The notes below the pieces were generated by a model. It made no database searches. It was given only the letters and a program-made list of their open reading frames with translations, and had not been told where the DNA came from. The translations under genes and the position numbers were made by a program. 64,000 bases of DNA. Origin: an uncultured Clostridia bacterium (GTDB lineage: Bacteria; Bacillota; Clostridia; Oscillospirales; Ruminococcaceae). Shown piece after piece: positions 27,352-36,284 of the stretch (position 1 is the first letter of the stretch; each line of letters begins with the position of its first letter). The stretch is from assembly GCA_944387915.1 (NCBI GenBank), contig CALXGT010000057.1, positions 9,990-73,989 of the forward strand. Reading direction: 5' to 3'.

Positions 27352-29079
27352 TTATTCCGTAATCGCCGAAAAGGCGCAAAGCTCGCTGCAAATGCCGCAT
27401 CCCACACACTGGGTATGGTCGATCACCGCTTTTTTGTTCTCAAAGCTAATGGCGGGGCATCCAATAGCGAGGCAGGACTTACAGCCCTTGCATTTTTCCG
27501 GATCTACCTTTAACGGCGCTTTATGCTTCACATATTTTAACAGCGCGCAGGGGCGGCGGGAGATCACAACGGAGGGTTCGCTGACTGCGACCTCTTCCTT
27601 GACCGCCTCTATGGTGTTCTTTAACTCATAGGGATCCACGACCCGAACCCGCCGAATACCAACGGCTTCACAGAGCTTTTCAATGCTGATCTTAGCGGTG
27701 GGATCTCCTTTCAGGGTATAACCGGTGGTGGGATTTTGTTGGTGACCGGTCATACCGGTAATGGAGTTATCCAAAACAATCACGGTGGAATTGGTGCCGT
27801 TATAGGCAATATTCATCAGCCCCGTTACGCCGGAATGAACAAAGGTAGAATCGCCGATAACCGCGACGCTTTTTCCTTCGCTCTCCTCTTTTCTCGCCAA
27901 GTTGAAACCATGCAGTCCCGAAATCGAAGCGCCCATACAAACGGTAGTATCCATCGCCGAAAGAGGCGCCGACGCGCCGAGGGTGTAGCATCCGATATCG
28001 CCAAACACCGTCAGACCCAGCTTTTTCAGCGCGTAAAACAATCCGCGGTGAGGACATCCGGCGCACATCACGGGAGGACGCGCGGGAATCGTCTCGGGGA
28101 AGTCCACATACTCCGGCGTCTTTCCAAGAAGCTTTTCGGAGATGAGACGCTGGGAAAATTCGCCGATCCATGGGAACAGCTCCTTGCCGATGACCGAAAT
28201 GCCATGCTTTCTGCAATGGGTCTCGATGATATCGTCCAGCTCTTCGATCACATAAAGGGTCTCCACCTCTTTGGCAAAATCCGCGATCAATTTCACCGGA
28301 AGGGGGTTAATCATCCCCAATTTTAAGTACGACGCCTTGTCCCCCATAACCTCTCTGGCGTACTGGTAGGTGGTACCGGCGGCAATAATGCCGATCTTTT
28401 TATCCCCCCAGAAGATCTGATTCAAGGGAGTCGTCTCGGCGTAAGCGGCAAGCGCCTCCATCCGCTTTTCCACTACGTTGTGCTTAGGTTTGGCGTAAGC
28501 CGGCATCATAACGTATTTCGCCGGGTTTTTCTCATAGGGTTTCAACGGAAGCTCTTCCCGATCGCTTAATTCCACTAGGCTCTGGGAATGAGCGATCCGG
28601 GTAGAAGTGCGAAACAAAACCGGCGTATCGTACTGTTCCGAAAGAAGATATGCGAGCTTTACGTACTCGAGACATTCTTTAGAATCGGCGGGCTCCACCA
28701 TGGGGAGCTTCGAAGCGATGGCGTAGTGTCTGGAATCCTGTTCATTTTGCGAGGAATGCATGGACGGATCGTCCGCTACGGCAATGACCAATCCCGCGTT
28801 CACTCCGGTATAGGAAGCGGTAAACAAAGGGTCCGCCGCTACATTCATGCCCACATGCTTCATGGCACTAAAGGAACGTCTTCCGCCAATCGCAGCGCCA
28901 ATAGCGACTTCTACCGCCACCTTCTCGTTGGGCGCCCATTCGGCGTAAATTTCCGGATATTTGGCCGCGTACTCGGTAATTTCGGTACTGGGCGTTCCCG
29001 GATAGCTGGAGACAATCGCCACGCCGGCCTCATAAAGGCCTCTGGCTACCGCCTCGTTTCCAAGCATCAACTGTTTCAA
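27352..29079 (-). CDS. iorA: Indolepyruvate:ferredoxin oxidoreductase, alpha subunit
   Basis: 575 aa. LMLGNEAVARG..EAGV..VSSYPGTPSTEI, TPP-binding GDSTF, and a C-terminal 2x[4Fe-4S] (CKGCKSC..GCP; CVGCGICSELC). Confidence 0.93.
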   Translation of the reverse strand: MKQLMLGNEAVARGLYEAGVAIVSSYPGTPSTEITEYAAKYPEIYAEWAPNEKVAVEVAIGAAIGGRRSFSAMKHVGMNVAADPLFTASYTGVNAGLVIAVADDPSMHSSQNEQDSRHYAIASKLPMVEPADSKECLEYVKLAYLLSEQYDTPVLFRTSTRIAHSQSLVELSDREELPLKPYEKNPAKYVMMPAYAKPKHNVVEKRMEALAAYAETTPLNQIFWGDKKIGIIAAGTTYQYAREVMGDKASYLKLGMINPLPVKLIADFAKEVETLYVIEELDDIIETHCRKHGISVIGKELFPWIGEFSQRLISEKLLGKTPEYVDFPETIPARPPVMCAGCPHRGLFYALKKLGLTVFGDIGCYTLGASAPLSAMDTTVCMGASISGLHGFNLARKEESEGKSVAVIGDSTFVHSGVTGLMNIAYNGTNSTVIVLDNSITGMTGHQQNPTTGYTLKGDPTAKISIEKLCEAVGIRRVRVVDPYELKNTIEAVKEEVAVSEPSVVISRRPCALLKYVKHKAPLKVDPEKCKGCKSCLAIGCPAISFENKKAVIDHTQCVGCGICSELCAFSAITE

Positions 29080-29122
29080 TGAAATCCCACCTTCTGTTTA
29101 TTTCAATGTTGTTTTTATATCG

Positions 29123-30427
29123 TTATTTTCCGGCGTTTCTCAGGTCCACGATCCGCTGGGCTTTTCCCTGGAACCGCTCTAAGGATTTGGGCTCGCAAAG
29201 GGTTACCTTCGCCTGGATGCCCAATACGGTGCGAAGATTCCCCGCCACCGTCTTTTGAAGATTTTCCAGCGCTTCAAATTTATCGAGAAGAGAGCTATCC
29301 ACTAACTCCACCTTGACCTCCAGCGTATCGGAAAATCCTTCCCGACGAACAATCAGCTGATAATGGGCGCCGATCTGAGGAATGGAGACCAAAACGCTCT
29401 CAATCTGGGAAGGAAAGACGTTGACGCCCCGAATCTTTAACATATCGTCGCTCCGGCCCATGACCTTGTCCATCCGGACGTGAGTCCGGCCGCACTTACA
29501 GGGACTGTAATTGAGTCTCGTAAGATCCTTGGTCCGGTAACGAAGAAGGGGGATCCCCTCTTTGGTCAGAGTCGTCACGATGAGCTCGCCGATCTCCCCT
29601 TCCTGTTTATGCTCCAAGGTATTGGGGTCTACGATCTCGGGAAGGAAATGATCCTCGGCGAAATGCAGCCCGTCCCGGTACTCGCATTCACCCGAAACAC
29701 CGGGCCCGATCAGCTCGCTCATGCCGTAGTTGTCGGTAGCGAACAGATGGAAGCCCTTTTCCACCTGGGTGCGCATCTCCGGCGTACAGCCTTCGGAGCC
29801 AAACAGCCCCAAACGAAGCTTGAATTTGTCGACATCGTAACCCTTTTCCCTCGCTACCTCGCTCATATACAGCGCATAGGAAGGCGTGCTCACCAAAGCG
29901 GTGACGCCGAAATCGTTTAACAGCATGACCTGCTTTTCGGTGTTGCCGCTGGAAACGGGGATAACGGTAGCGCCGATCTTTTCCAGTCCGTAATGCAGTC
30001 CCAGCGCGCCGGTAAACAGCCCGTATCCAAAGGAAATCTGTACGATATCCTCGTCGGTGGCCCCTGCTGCGACGCAAAGTCTGGCCACGGCGTCGCTCCA
30101 CATATTTAAGTCATTTCTCGTGTACCCTACTACCGTAGGCTTTCCGGTAGTACCGGAGGAAGCATGGATCCGTACCATTTCCTTCATGGGCCTTGCAAAC
30201 AGCCCAAAAGGGTAGGAATCCCGGATGTCCGCTTTGGTTGTGGGAGGTATGTATTGAAGATCGGAAAGGGTCTTAATTTTATCGGCGGTCACCTTCGCCT
30301 CGGTGAGACGCTGATGATAAAAAGGAACGTTATCGTAGCAATACTGTACGATCCGCTTTAACCGCTCCAGCTGAAGCGCTTCCAGATCCTTTCGGTTCAT
30401 CGTCTCAATTTCTTTTTGGAAAAACAT
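29123..30427 (-). CDS. paaK: Phenylacetate-CoA ligase family (PaaK-like), paralog 1
   Basis: 434 aa. HASSGTTGKPT, YGMSE, RYRTKD, SDDMLKIRGVNVFPSQIE. Confidence 0.9.
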   Translation of the reverse strand: MFFQKEIETMNRKDLEALQLERLKRIVQYCYDNVPFYHQRLTEAKVTADKIKTLSDLQYIPPTTKADIRDSYPFGLFARPMKEMVRIHASSGTTGKPTVVGYTRNDLNMWSDAVARLCVAAGATDEDIVQISFGYGLFTGALGLHYGLEKIGATVIPVSSGNTEKQVMLLNDFGVTALVSTPSYALYMSEVAREKGYDVDKFKLRLGLFGSEGCTPEMRTQVEKGFHLFATDNYGMSELIGPGVSGECEYRDGLHFAEDHFLPEIVDPNTLEHKQEGEIGELIVTTLTKEGIPLLRYRTKDLTRLNYSPCKCGRTHVRMDKVMGRSDDMLKIRGVNVFPSQIESVLVSIPQIGAHYQLIVRREGFSDTLEVKVELVDSSLLDKFEALENLQKTVAGNLRTVLGIQAKVTLCEPKSLERFQGKAQRIVDLRNAGK

Positions 30428-30567
30428 GTTATACTTCCTCTCTGCTTTTGCGCTTTAAAGTGTCTTGTATAGTCTAACACATTTTTACAGAAAAGGCAAC
30501 TACTACAGTCTATCATATTTTTAAAAAAAAGACAATTCATTTTAAAGGCTTTTCCACTTTCCTCCGG

Positions 30568-30596
30568 TTGAAACGAAAAATAAATTATGGTATACT
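30568..30596 (+). promoter_or_regulatory. Extended -10 sigma-A promoter for the GHL10 gene
   Basis: TTGAAA (30568-73), 17 nt spacer, TGgTATACT (30588-96). The track's TTG 'start' at 30568 is the -35 box. Confidence 0.5.
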
Positions 30597-30639
30597 ATGG
30601 TTGCGAAATTTGTCACTGATATCAATGGAAGGAGAAAAA

Positions 30640-32343
30640 ATGAAAAAACTTGCTTTATTGCTTGCTGTAATGTTTTTTTCGGCGACGTTTATGCTGTTTG
30701 ACGGGGAGAAAGCATCTGCCGCCGACATCGAAATGAAAGCGGTTTGGGTCTCGACGGTTTTCAATTTGGATTACCCGTCAACCCCTACTACTAACGCGTC
30801 CACTTTGAAGAAAGAAGCGGACGAGATTTTACAAAACTCCAAGGATATGGGCTTTACCGACGTCATTTTGCAGGTTCGCCCCTGTGCTGACTCTTTCTAT
30901 CCTTCGGAATATTTTCCTTATAGCCGATACCTCACCGGAACCCAGGGTGTAGCGCCCTCGGGGGGATTCGACCCCTTGGAATACTGGGTGGAAAAAGCGC
31001 ATGCGCTGGGATTAAAGCTCCATGCCTGGATCAACCCGTACCGAATTACCAAAAGCGCTTCCGATTTTGCTTCCCTGACTTCCGATCATCCCGCGAAGGT
31101 GCATCCGGAATATGTTGTTGCTTACAGCGACGGCGGCTACTACTTTGATCCTGGCATCCCCGAGGTGCAAAAGCTCATTGTAGACGCCACGGCGGAGATC
31201 GTTAAGAATTACGATGTAGACGGAATTCATCTCGACGATTACTTCTATCCCGGCACCAATTTTAACGACGCGGCTACTTATCAAAAATACGGAAGCGGAT
31301 TTTCCAACATTGACGACTGGAGAAGAAATAACGTCAATACTTTGGTCCGTGCGTTAGACACCACGCTCCATCAAATTGATCCCGATCTCTCCTTCGGCAT
31401 CAGCCCGGCGGGAATCTGGGCCAACAAAAAGAATATGGCTAACGGAAGCGACACCAACGGCTCGGAAAGCTACTTTTCCCATTACGCTGACACCCGCTAC
31501 TGGGTCAAAGAGGGAATGGTGGATTATATCTGCCCCCAGATCTACTGGTACATCGGCCAAAGCGGCGCCGACTACAGCATTTTAGTGAAATGGTGGTCCG
31601 ACGTAGTGGAAGGCACCGACGTCAAACTGTATATCGGGCTTGCGGACTATAAGCTCAATAACAGCTCTTCCACCAGTCCGTGGTACGGCATTGCAGAGTT
31701 AGACCGCCAGCATCAACTGAACTTAAAAACCGCCAACGTCTCTGGCGAAGTCCATTTCCGGTATCAGTTTTTGCGCTCCATCCCCGGTCTTGCCGACTAC
31801 CTGACTTCTGTTTACAAAACCTCTTCCCCATCCACACCGGAGGGAAGTACGCCTACCGATCCGGGGAACAGCCAGACCATCGTTTTCCAGTATTCTCCCG
31901 CTGACCGGTCCGGCCAATGGCAGAAGCTTTCTGACGGAAGCTGGAAATTCCTTCTTTCCAACGGGAAATATGCTTCCGGATGGAGAAAGATCGATAACGT
32001 CTGGTACTACTTTGAGACGAGCGGTCTGATGAAAACCGGCCATTTCACCGACTCTGACGGCAAAGAATACTACCTGAACCCCTCTAACGGAAAAATGTGG
32101 ACCGGCTGGCTATTAAAAGATGGAAACTGGTACTATTATTGGGGAAGCGGCAGCATGGCGAAAAACAGTTGGGCACTACACGGCGGCAAGTGGTACTACC
32201 TCACCGGAAACGGAACGATGAAAACCGGATGGCTTTTGGACCGGGGAAAATGGTATTACCTGATGCCGGGTAACGGCGATATGGCCTACAACACCGTGAT
32301 CGACGGTTATAAAATCGGCGCCGACGGTGTCTGGATCCCCTAA
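30640..32343 (+). CDS. Secreted glycoside-hydrolase-like family 10 (DUF187/YngK-like) protein with C-terminal cell-wall-binding repeats
   Basis: Signal peptide MKKLALLLAVMFFSATFMLF. KAVWVSTVFNLDYPS...HAWINPYR...DGIHLDDYFYP is typical of GHL10. The C-terminus has about 6 GW..x..WYY repeats. Confidence 0.8.
   Translation: MKKLALLLAVMFFSATFMLFDGEKASAADIEMKAVWVSTVFNLDYPSTPTTNASTLKKEADEILQNSKDMGFTDVILQVRPCADSFYPSEYFPYSRYLTGTQGVAPSGGFDPLEYWVEKAHALGLKLHAWINPYRITKSASDFASLTSDHPAKVHPEYVVAYSDGGYYFDPGIPEVQKLIVDATAEIVKNYDVDGIHLDDYFYPGTNFNDAATYQKYGSGFSNIDDWRRNNVNTLVRALDTTLHQIDPDLSFGISPAGIWANKKNMANGSDTNGSESYFSHYADTRYWVKEGMVDYICPQIYWYIGQSGADYSILVKWWSDVVEGTDVKLYIGLADYKLNNSSSTSPWYGIAELDRQHQLNLKTANVSGEVHFRYQFLRSIPGLADYLTSVYKTSSPSTPEGSTPTDPGNSQTIVFQYSPADRSGQWQKLSDGSWKFLLSNGKYASGWRKIDNVWYYFETSGLMKTGHFTDSDGKEYYLNPSNGKMWTGWLLKDGNWYYYWGSGSMAKNSWALHGGKWYYLTGNGTMKTGWLLDRGKWYYLMPGNGDMAYNTVIDGYKIGADGVWIP
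31906..32340 (+). repeat. Cell-wall/choline-binding (CW_binding_1-type) repeat-coding region
   Basis: Iterated ~20 aa units, e.g. GWRKIDNVWYYFETSGLMKTG, GWLLKDGNWYYYWGSGSMAKN, GWLLDRGKWYYLMPGNGDMAYN. Confidence 0.8.
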
Positions 32344-32403
32344 CAAACAGTCAGAAAACGGCTCGGTATTTCTTACCCGGCGATGATAAAAAACGCTCAT
32401 TTT

Positions 32404-32444
32404 GCAAGACGGCGCGGCAATTTGCTGCGCCGTCTTGCTTTTTT
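32404..32444 (+). terminator. Rho-independent terminator after the GHL10 gene
   Basis: 12-bp perfect stem gcaagacggcgc / gcgccgtcttgc followed by TTTTTT. Confidence 0.8.
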
Positions 32445-32587
32445 GTCGCCCGATTTCGCTTGCTCCCCTCCCGTCTCCGTTTCCCGGTACCACTTCGAAT
32501 CTTTAAATTTTGTACCTAGGATGTCCATATAAAAACATACGAGCGGAAAAAACAAAAAGAAAATACGCGAATTGTTCCCAAAACCGC

Positions 32588-32615
32588 TTGACAACCGTTT
32601 CAGCTAAAGTATAAT
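32588..32615 (+). promoter_or_regulatory. Consensus sigma-A promoter about 210 nt upstream of the ABC-2 operon
   Basis: TTGACA (32588-93), 16 nt spacer, TATAAT (32610-15). Confidence 0.55.
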
Positions 32616-32824
32616 TTTCGTATGACAGCAAGGATATGGCAAAAAAAGTAAAGTTCCGCCGAAAATAGAAATTTTCAAGCAGAGTATCGACGCTGTACCT
32701 AAAAATTCCCGTAAAATAAATATAAAGTCCATTGCGGGAAACTTTATTTGCTGTTTACGCAATATATCCGGCAACAGGCAGGCATATGGAAAAAACAAAA
32801 TAGAAGCGCGCAGGAGGAAAAGGG

Positions 32825-33739
32825 ATGAAAAACATAATACAGATAGACCACCTTAACAAGAGTTTTGGAAAAGTAAAAGCGGTTCAAGATCTAAGCTTTC
32901 GTGTAAAAGAAGGAGAACTATTCGCTTTTCTCGGCGTTAACGGCGCCGGAAAATCTACCACCATCAATATAATGTGCGGACAACTGTCAAAAGACAGCGG
33001 CAATATTCTAATCGACGAACACGATCTTGATAAGGACATAGACTTTGTGAAGCGCGAACTCGGCGTCGTTTTTCAATCCTCTGTCCTCGACGCCGCGCTT
33101 TCGGTTTACGATAACCTGGAAAGCCGTGCCGCCTTGTACGGTATCACCAAAACAGCCTTTCAGGAAAGGCTTGCGGAGCTCGCAAAATTACTGGAATTTG
33201 AGGATTTGCTGAAACGTGGAGTTGGTAAATTATCGGGAGGACAACGTAGAAGAATTGATATTGCCAGAGCGTTATTTCATAAGCCGAAAATCCTTATTCT
33301 CGACGAACCCACAACGGGACTGGACCCCCAAACCAGAAAAAACCTTTGGAATGTCATATCCAATCTCCGTAAAAATGAAAATATGACGGTATTTCTCACT
33401 ACTCACTATATGGAAGAAGCCGCGGAAGCCGACTATGTTGTCATTATTGATGGCGGCAAAATATCCGCGGAAGGCACGCCGCTTGAACTCAAAAATACTT
33501 ATACGGGAGATTACATCACCATCTACGGCGTAAACGAAGACGCGATAAAAGAACTCGGCAAGGAATATGAGCACATACGAGACGCTTACCGCCTTTTCGT
33601 TCCCAACACAAAAACGGCTACCGAACTCATTATCAAGCATCCTTCTCTGTTTTATGATTACGAGATTACAAAAGGAAAAATGGACGACGTTTTCCTTGCC
33701 GTTACCGGTAAGACGTTGATGGGAGGCAGAGAAAAATGA
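32825..33739 (+). CDS. ABC transporter ATP-binding protein (ABC-2/DrrA-like)
   Basis: Walker A GVNGAGKST, signature LSGGQRRR, Walker B ILILDEPTTGLD. Confidence 0.92.
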   Translation: MKNIIQIDHLNKSFGKVKAVQDLSFRVKEGELFAFLGVNGAGKSTTINIMCGQLSKDSGNILIDEHDLDKDIDFVKRELGVVFQSSVLDAALSVYDNLESRAALYGITKTAFQERLAELAKLLEFEDLLKRGVGKLSGGQRRRIDIARALFHKPKILILDEPTTGLDPQTRKNLWNVISNLRKNENMTVFLTTHYMEEAAEADYVVIIDGGKISAEGTPLELKNTYTGDYITIYGVNEDAIKELGKEYEHIRDAYRLFVPNTKTATELIIKHPSLFYDYEITKGKMDDVFLAVTGKTLMGGREK

Positions 33740-34632
33740 GTATATTGCTCGTGCTGATAAAAAGAAATATTAAATTGTTTTTCAAAGATAAAGGCATGTT
33801 TTTTACATCCTTAATCACACCCGCTATTTTGCTTGTCCTTTACGCGACCTTCCTCGGCAATGTATACCGTGATAGTTTTACCTCCAATTTGCCCGATACA
33901 GTAAAGCTTTCGGAGGGCATAACGGAAGGACTGGTAAGCGGTCAGCTCATCTCCTCTATACTCGCCGTTTCATGTATCACCGTCGCTTTTTGCTCAAACT
34001 TCTTAATGGTACAAGACAAAGCGAACGGCACAATCAAGGATTTAAAAATATCTCCGGTAAAATCCGCCACGCTTTCGATGAGTTACTATATCGCGACTTT
34101 GGTTTCCACACTGATCATTTGCTTTGTCGCAACAGGGGTCTGCCTTCTTTATGCGGCTATCGTAGAGTGGTATATGTCTCTTGCAGACGTATTTCTTTTG
34201 TTCTTCGACATTTTGCTCCTTGTGTTCTTGGGAACGGCTCTCTCTTCGATTATTAACTTTTTCTTATCAACGCAAGGACAAATTTCCGCCGTAAGCGCGA
34301 TTATCAGCGCGGGATACGGGTTTATTTGCGGGGCGTATATGCCGATTTCCTCCTTCAGTGAAGGGCTGCAAAAGATCGTTTCTTTTTTACCGGGCACATA
34401 CGGAACTTCCCTCATCCGCAACCACGCAATGCGAGGGGTTTTTGCCGAAATGCAAAATCAGGGAATCCCCGCGCAAGTCGTTGAGAGCATGAAAAATTCT
34501 CTCGACTGCAATCTTTACTTTTTCGAAAATCCCGTGGACATCTCAACGATGTATGCCATTCTCATCGCCACCATCGTTGTGTTAATCGGTATTTACATCC
34601 TGTTAAATGCTTTTGCAAAAGATAAAAGTTGA
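33736..34632 (+). CDS. ABC-2 type transporter permease
   Basis: 298 aa, 6 TM segments. ATGA overlap with the ATPase gene. Confidence 0.85.
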   Translation: MSILLVLIKRNIKLFFKDKGMFFTSLITPAILLVLYATFLGNVYRDSFTSNLPDTVKLSEGITEGLVSGQLISSILAVSCITVAFCSNFLMVQDKANGTIKDLKISPVKSATLSMSYYIATLVSTLIICFVATGVCLLYAAIVEWYMSLADVFLLFFDILLLVFLGTALSSIINFFLSTQGQISAVSAIISAGYGFICGAYMPISSFSEGLQKIVSFLPGTYGTSLIRNHAMRGVFAEMQNQGIPAQVVESMKNSLDCNLYFFENPVDISTMYAILIATIVVLIGIYILLNAFAKDKS

Positions 34633-34820
34633 CCTTTACCGAAAATACCGGAAAACTCGATACGAAAGCTTTTGGCTTCGCGCAAACATCAAAAGCCACG
34701 AAACAAATGGAAGCAAAAAAGTTGCCCATTGATTTTTATAATAGGGCAATAAGTTAAATTCTCTTGACTTTTTTTCCAAATATTTGTAGAATAGGATTAA
34801 AAAAAGAGAGGAGTTTACTT

Positions 34821-35198
34821 ATGAAACTCGGTGTACATCATATTGCTTTGGAAGCGGCAGATTTCGAAAAAACGTTAGCCTTTTACATGGACGGATTGGG
34901 ATTCCAAATGGTGAGAAGCTGGGGAGACGAGCGGAAGACCGCGATGCTGGACATTGGCGACGGCGCTATGCTCGAAATTTTTTCCTCGGGAAACTACGAT
35001 GAAAGCGTCAATCCCAAATACCCCCACTTAGCTTTGCGAACCGATAACTGCGACGAAGCGTACGCGGCGGCGATCAAAGCGGGAGCAACTACCCATATGG
35101 AACCGAGAGATATGGTATTAGCGGATACCCTTCCGGTAAAAATTGCCTTCGTAAAAGGCTTGAGCGGCGAACTGATTGAATTTTTCCAAGAAAAATAA
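34821..35198 (+). CDS. VOC (glyoxalase/bleomycin resistance/dioxygenase) family protein
   Basis: MKLGVHHIALEAADFEKTLAFYMDGLGFQ... Second half-site HLALRTDN... The ATG lies behind GAGAGGAG. Confidence 0.85.
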   Translation: MKLGVHHIALEAADFEKTLAFYMDGLGFQMVRSWGDERKTAMLDIGDGAMLEIFSSGNYDESVNPKYPHLALRTDNCDEAYAAAIKAGATTHMEPRDMVLADTLPVKIAFVKGLSGELIEFFQEK

Positions 35199-35254
35199 AT
35201 TCTTAAAAAAAGCGGACTCCCCTTGAACCGCCTGGGCGAGTAAAAACAGTGCGA

Positions 35255-35293
35255 AAGCCCCCTTGTGTAGTTATTTCCTACACAAGGGGGCTC
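35255..35293. terminator. Bidirectional hairpin terminator between the convergent VOC and GT2 genes
   Basis: agcccccttgtgtag-ttatttc-ctacacaagggggct, a 15-bp perfect stem. Confidence 0.7.
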
Positions 35294-35309
35294 TTTCTAT
35301 TGTCCGTTT

Positions 35310-36278
35310 TTACCGGGGCGATTCATCTTCCCCTGTGTGGAGCAGCGTCTCCAGATGATATCGGGGCCTTGCTTTTACTTCACCATAAATTTTTCCCACA
35401 TATTCCCCCACTAACCCCAGCGCCGCAAGCTGTAACCCACAGCAAAACCAGACGCTGAGCCCCAAAAGGCCAAAAGAAAAGGGAATGGAAAAAATAAGGG
35501 CGATCAAATCATAAACCCCGCAAAGCGCCGACAGGCACAAAATCAAAATTCCCAAAACGGTAATCAGTCGAATGGGCCGTACCGAAAAAGAGGTAATCCC
35601 ATCGAAAGCAAACGCCAGCATCTTTTTTAAGGGGTACTTGCTCTCTCCGGCAAACCGCTCCCCCCGTTCATACTCCACCGTCGCGGTCCGAAACCCGATC
35701 AGCGGAACAATTCCCCGTAAAAAGAGGTTGACTTCCCGGTACTCCGAAAGGGCGTTGAGCGCCCGCTTGCTCATCAACCGATAGTCCGCATGGTTATAGA
35801 CGATGTCCACCCCCATGCGTTCCATAAACCGGTAAAACCCCTGGGCAGTCGCCCGTTTGAAAGCGGTGTCTGTCTGACGGCTGCTGCGAACGCCGTAGAC
35901 AATCTCGGCGCCCTCTTTATATTTTTCGAGCATTTCGTCCACAGCGTCAATGTCATCTTGCAAATCGGCGTCCATGGAAATCGCTACGTCGCAAAGCGCC
36001 TTCGCCGTCATCAATCCGCAAAGCAGGGCGTTTTGATGCCCCCGGTTCCGGGAAAGCTTAGCGCCGGAAAAAATGGGATTTTGCTGATGAAGGCCGCAAA
36101 TAATCTCCCATGTTCTGTCCTTGCTTCCGTCATCCACAAACAAAACCCGGCTTTGGCCGCTGATGGTTTCATTTTTCATAAGGAAAGAGAGCTTTTCTGA
36201 AAGGCGTTTTGCCGTTTCCGGAAGAACTTCCTCCTCGTTGTAACAGGGTACCACAATCATTAAAACCGGTTTATCCAA
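35310..36278 (-). CDS. Family 2 glycosyltransferase, polyprenyl-phosphate sugar synthase type (CsbB/GtrB-like) with two C-terminal TM segments
   Basis: IVVPCYNEEEVL, FVDDGSKD, DADLQDD (DXD) motifs. C-terminal TM pair. Confidence 0.88.
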   Translation of the reverse strand: MDKPVLMIVVPCYNEEEVLPETAKRLSEKLSFLMKNETISGQSRVLFVDDGSKDRTWEIICGLHQQNPIFSGAKLSRNRGHQNALLCGLMTAKALCDVAISMDADLQDDIDAVDEMLEKYKEGAEIVYGVRSSRQTDTAFKRATAQGFYRFMERMGVDIVYNHADYRLMSKRALNALSEYREVNLFLRGIVPLIGFRTATVEYERGERFAGESKYPLKKMLAFAFDGITSFSVRPIRLITVLGILILCLSALCGVYDLIALIFSIPFSFGLLGLSVWFCCGLQLAALGLVGEYVGKIYGEVKARPRYHLETLLHTGEDESPR

Positions 36279-36284
36279 AACGTT

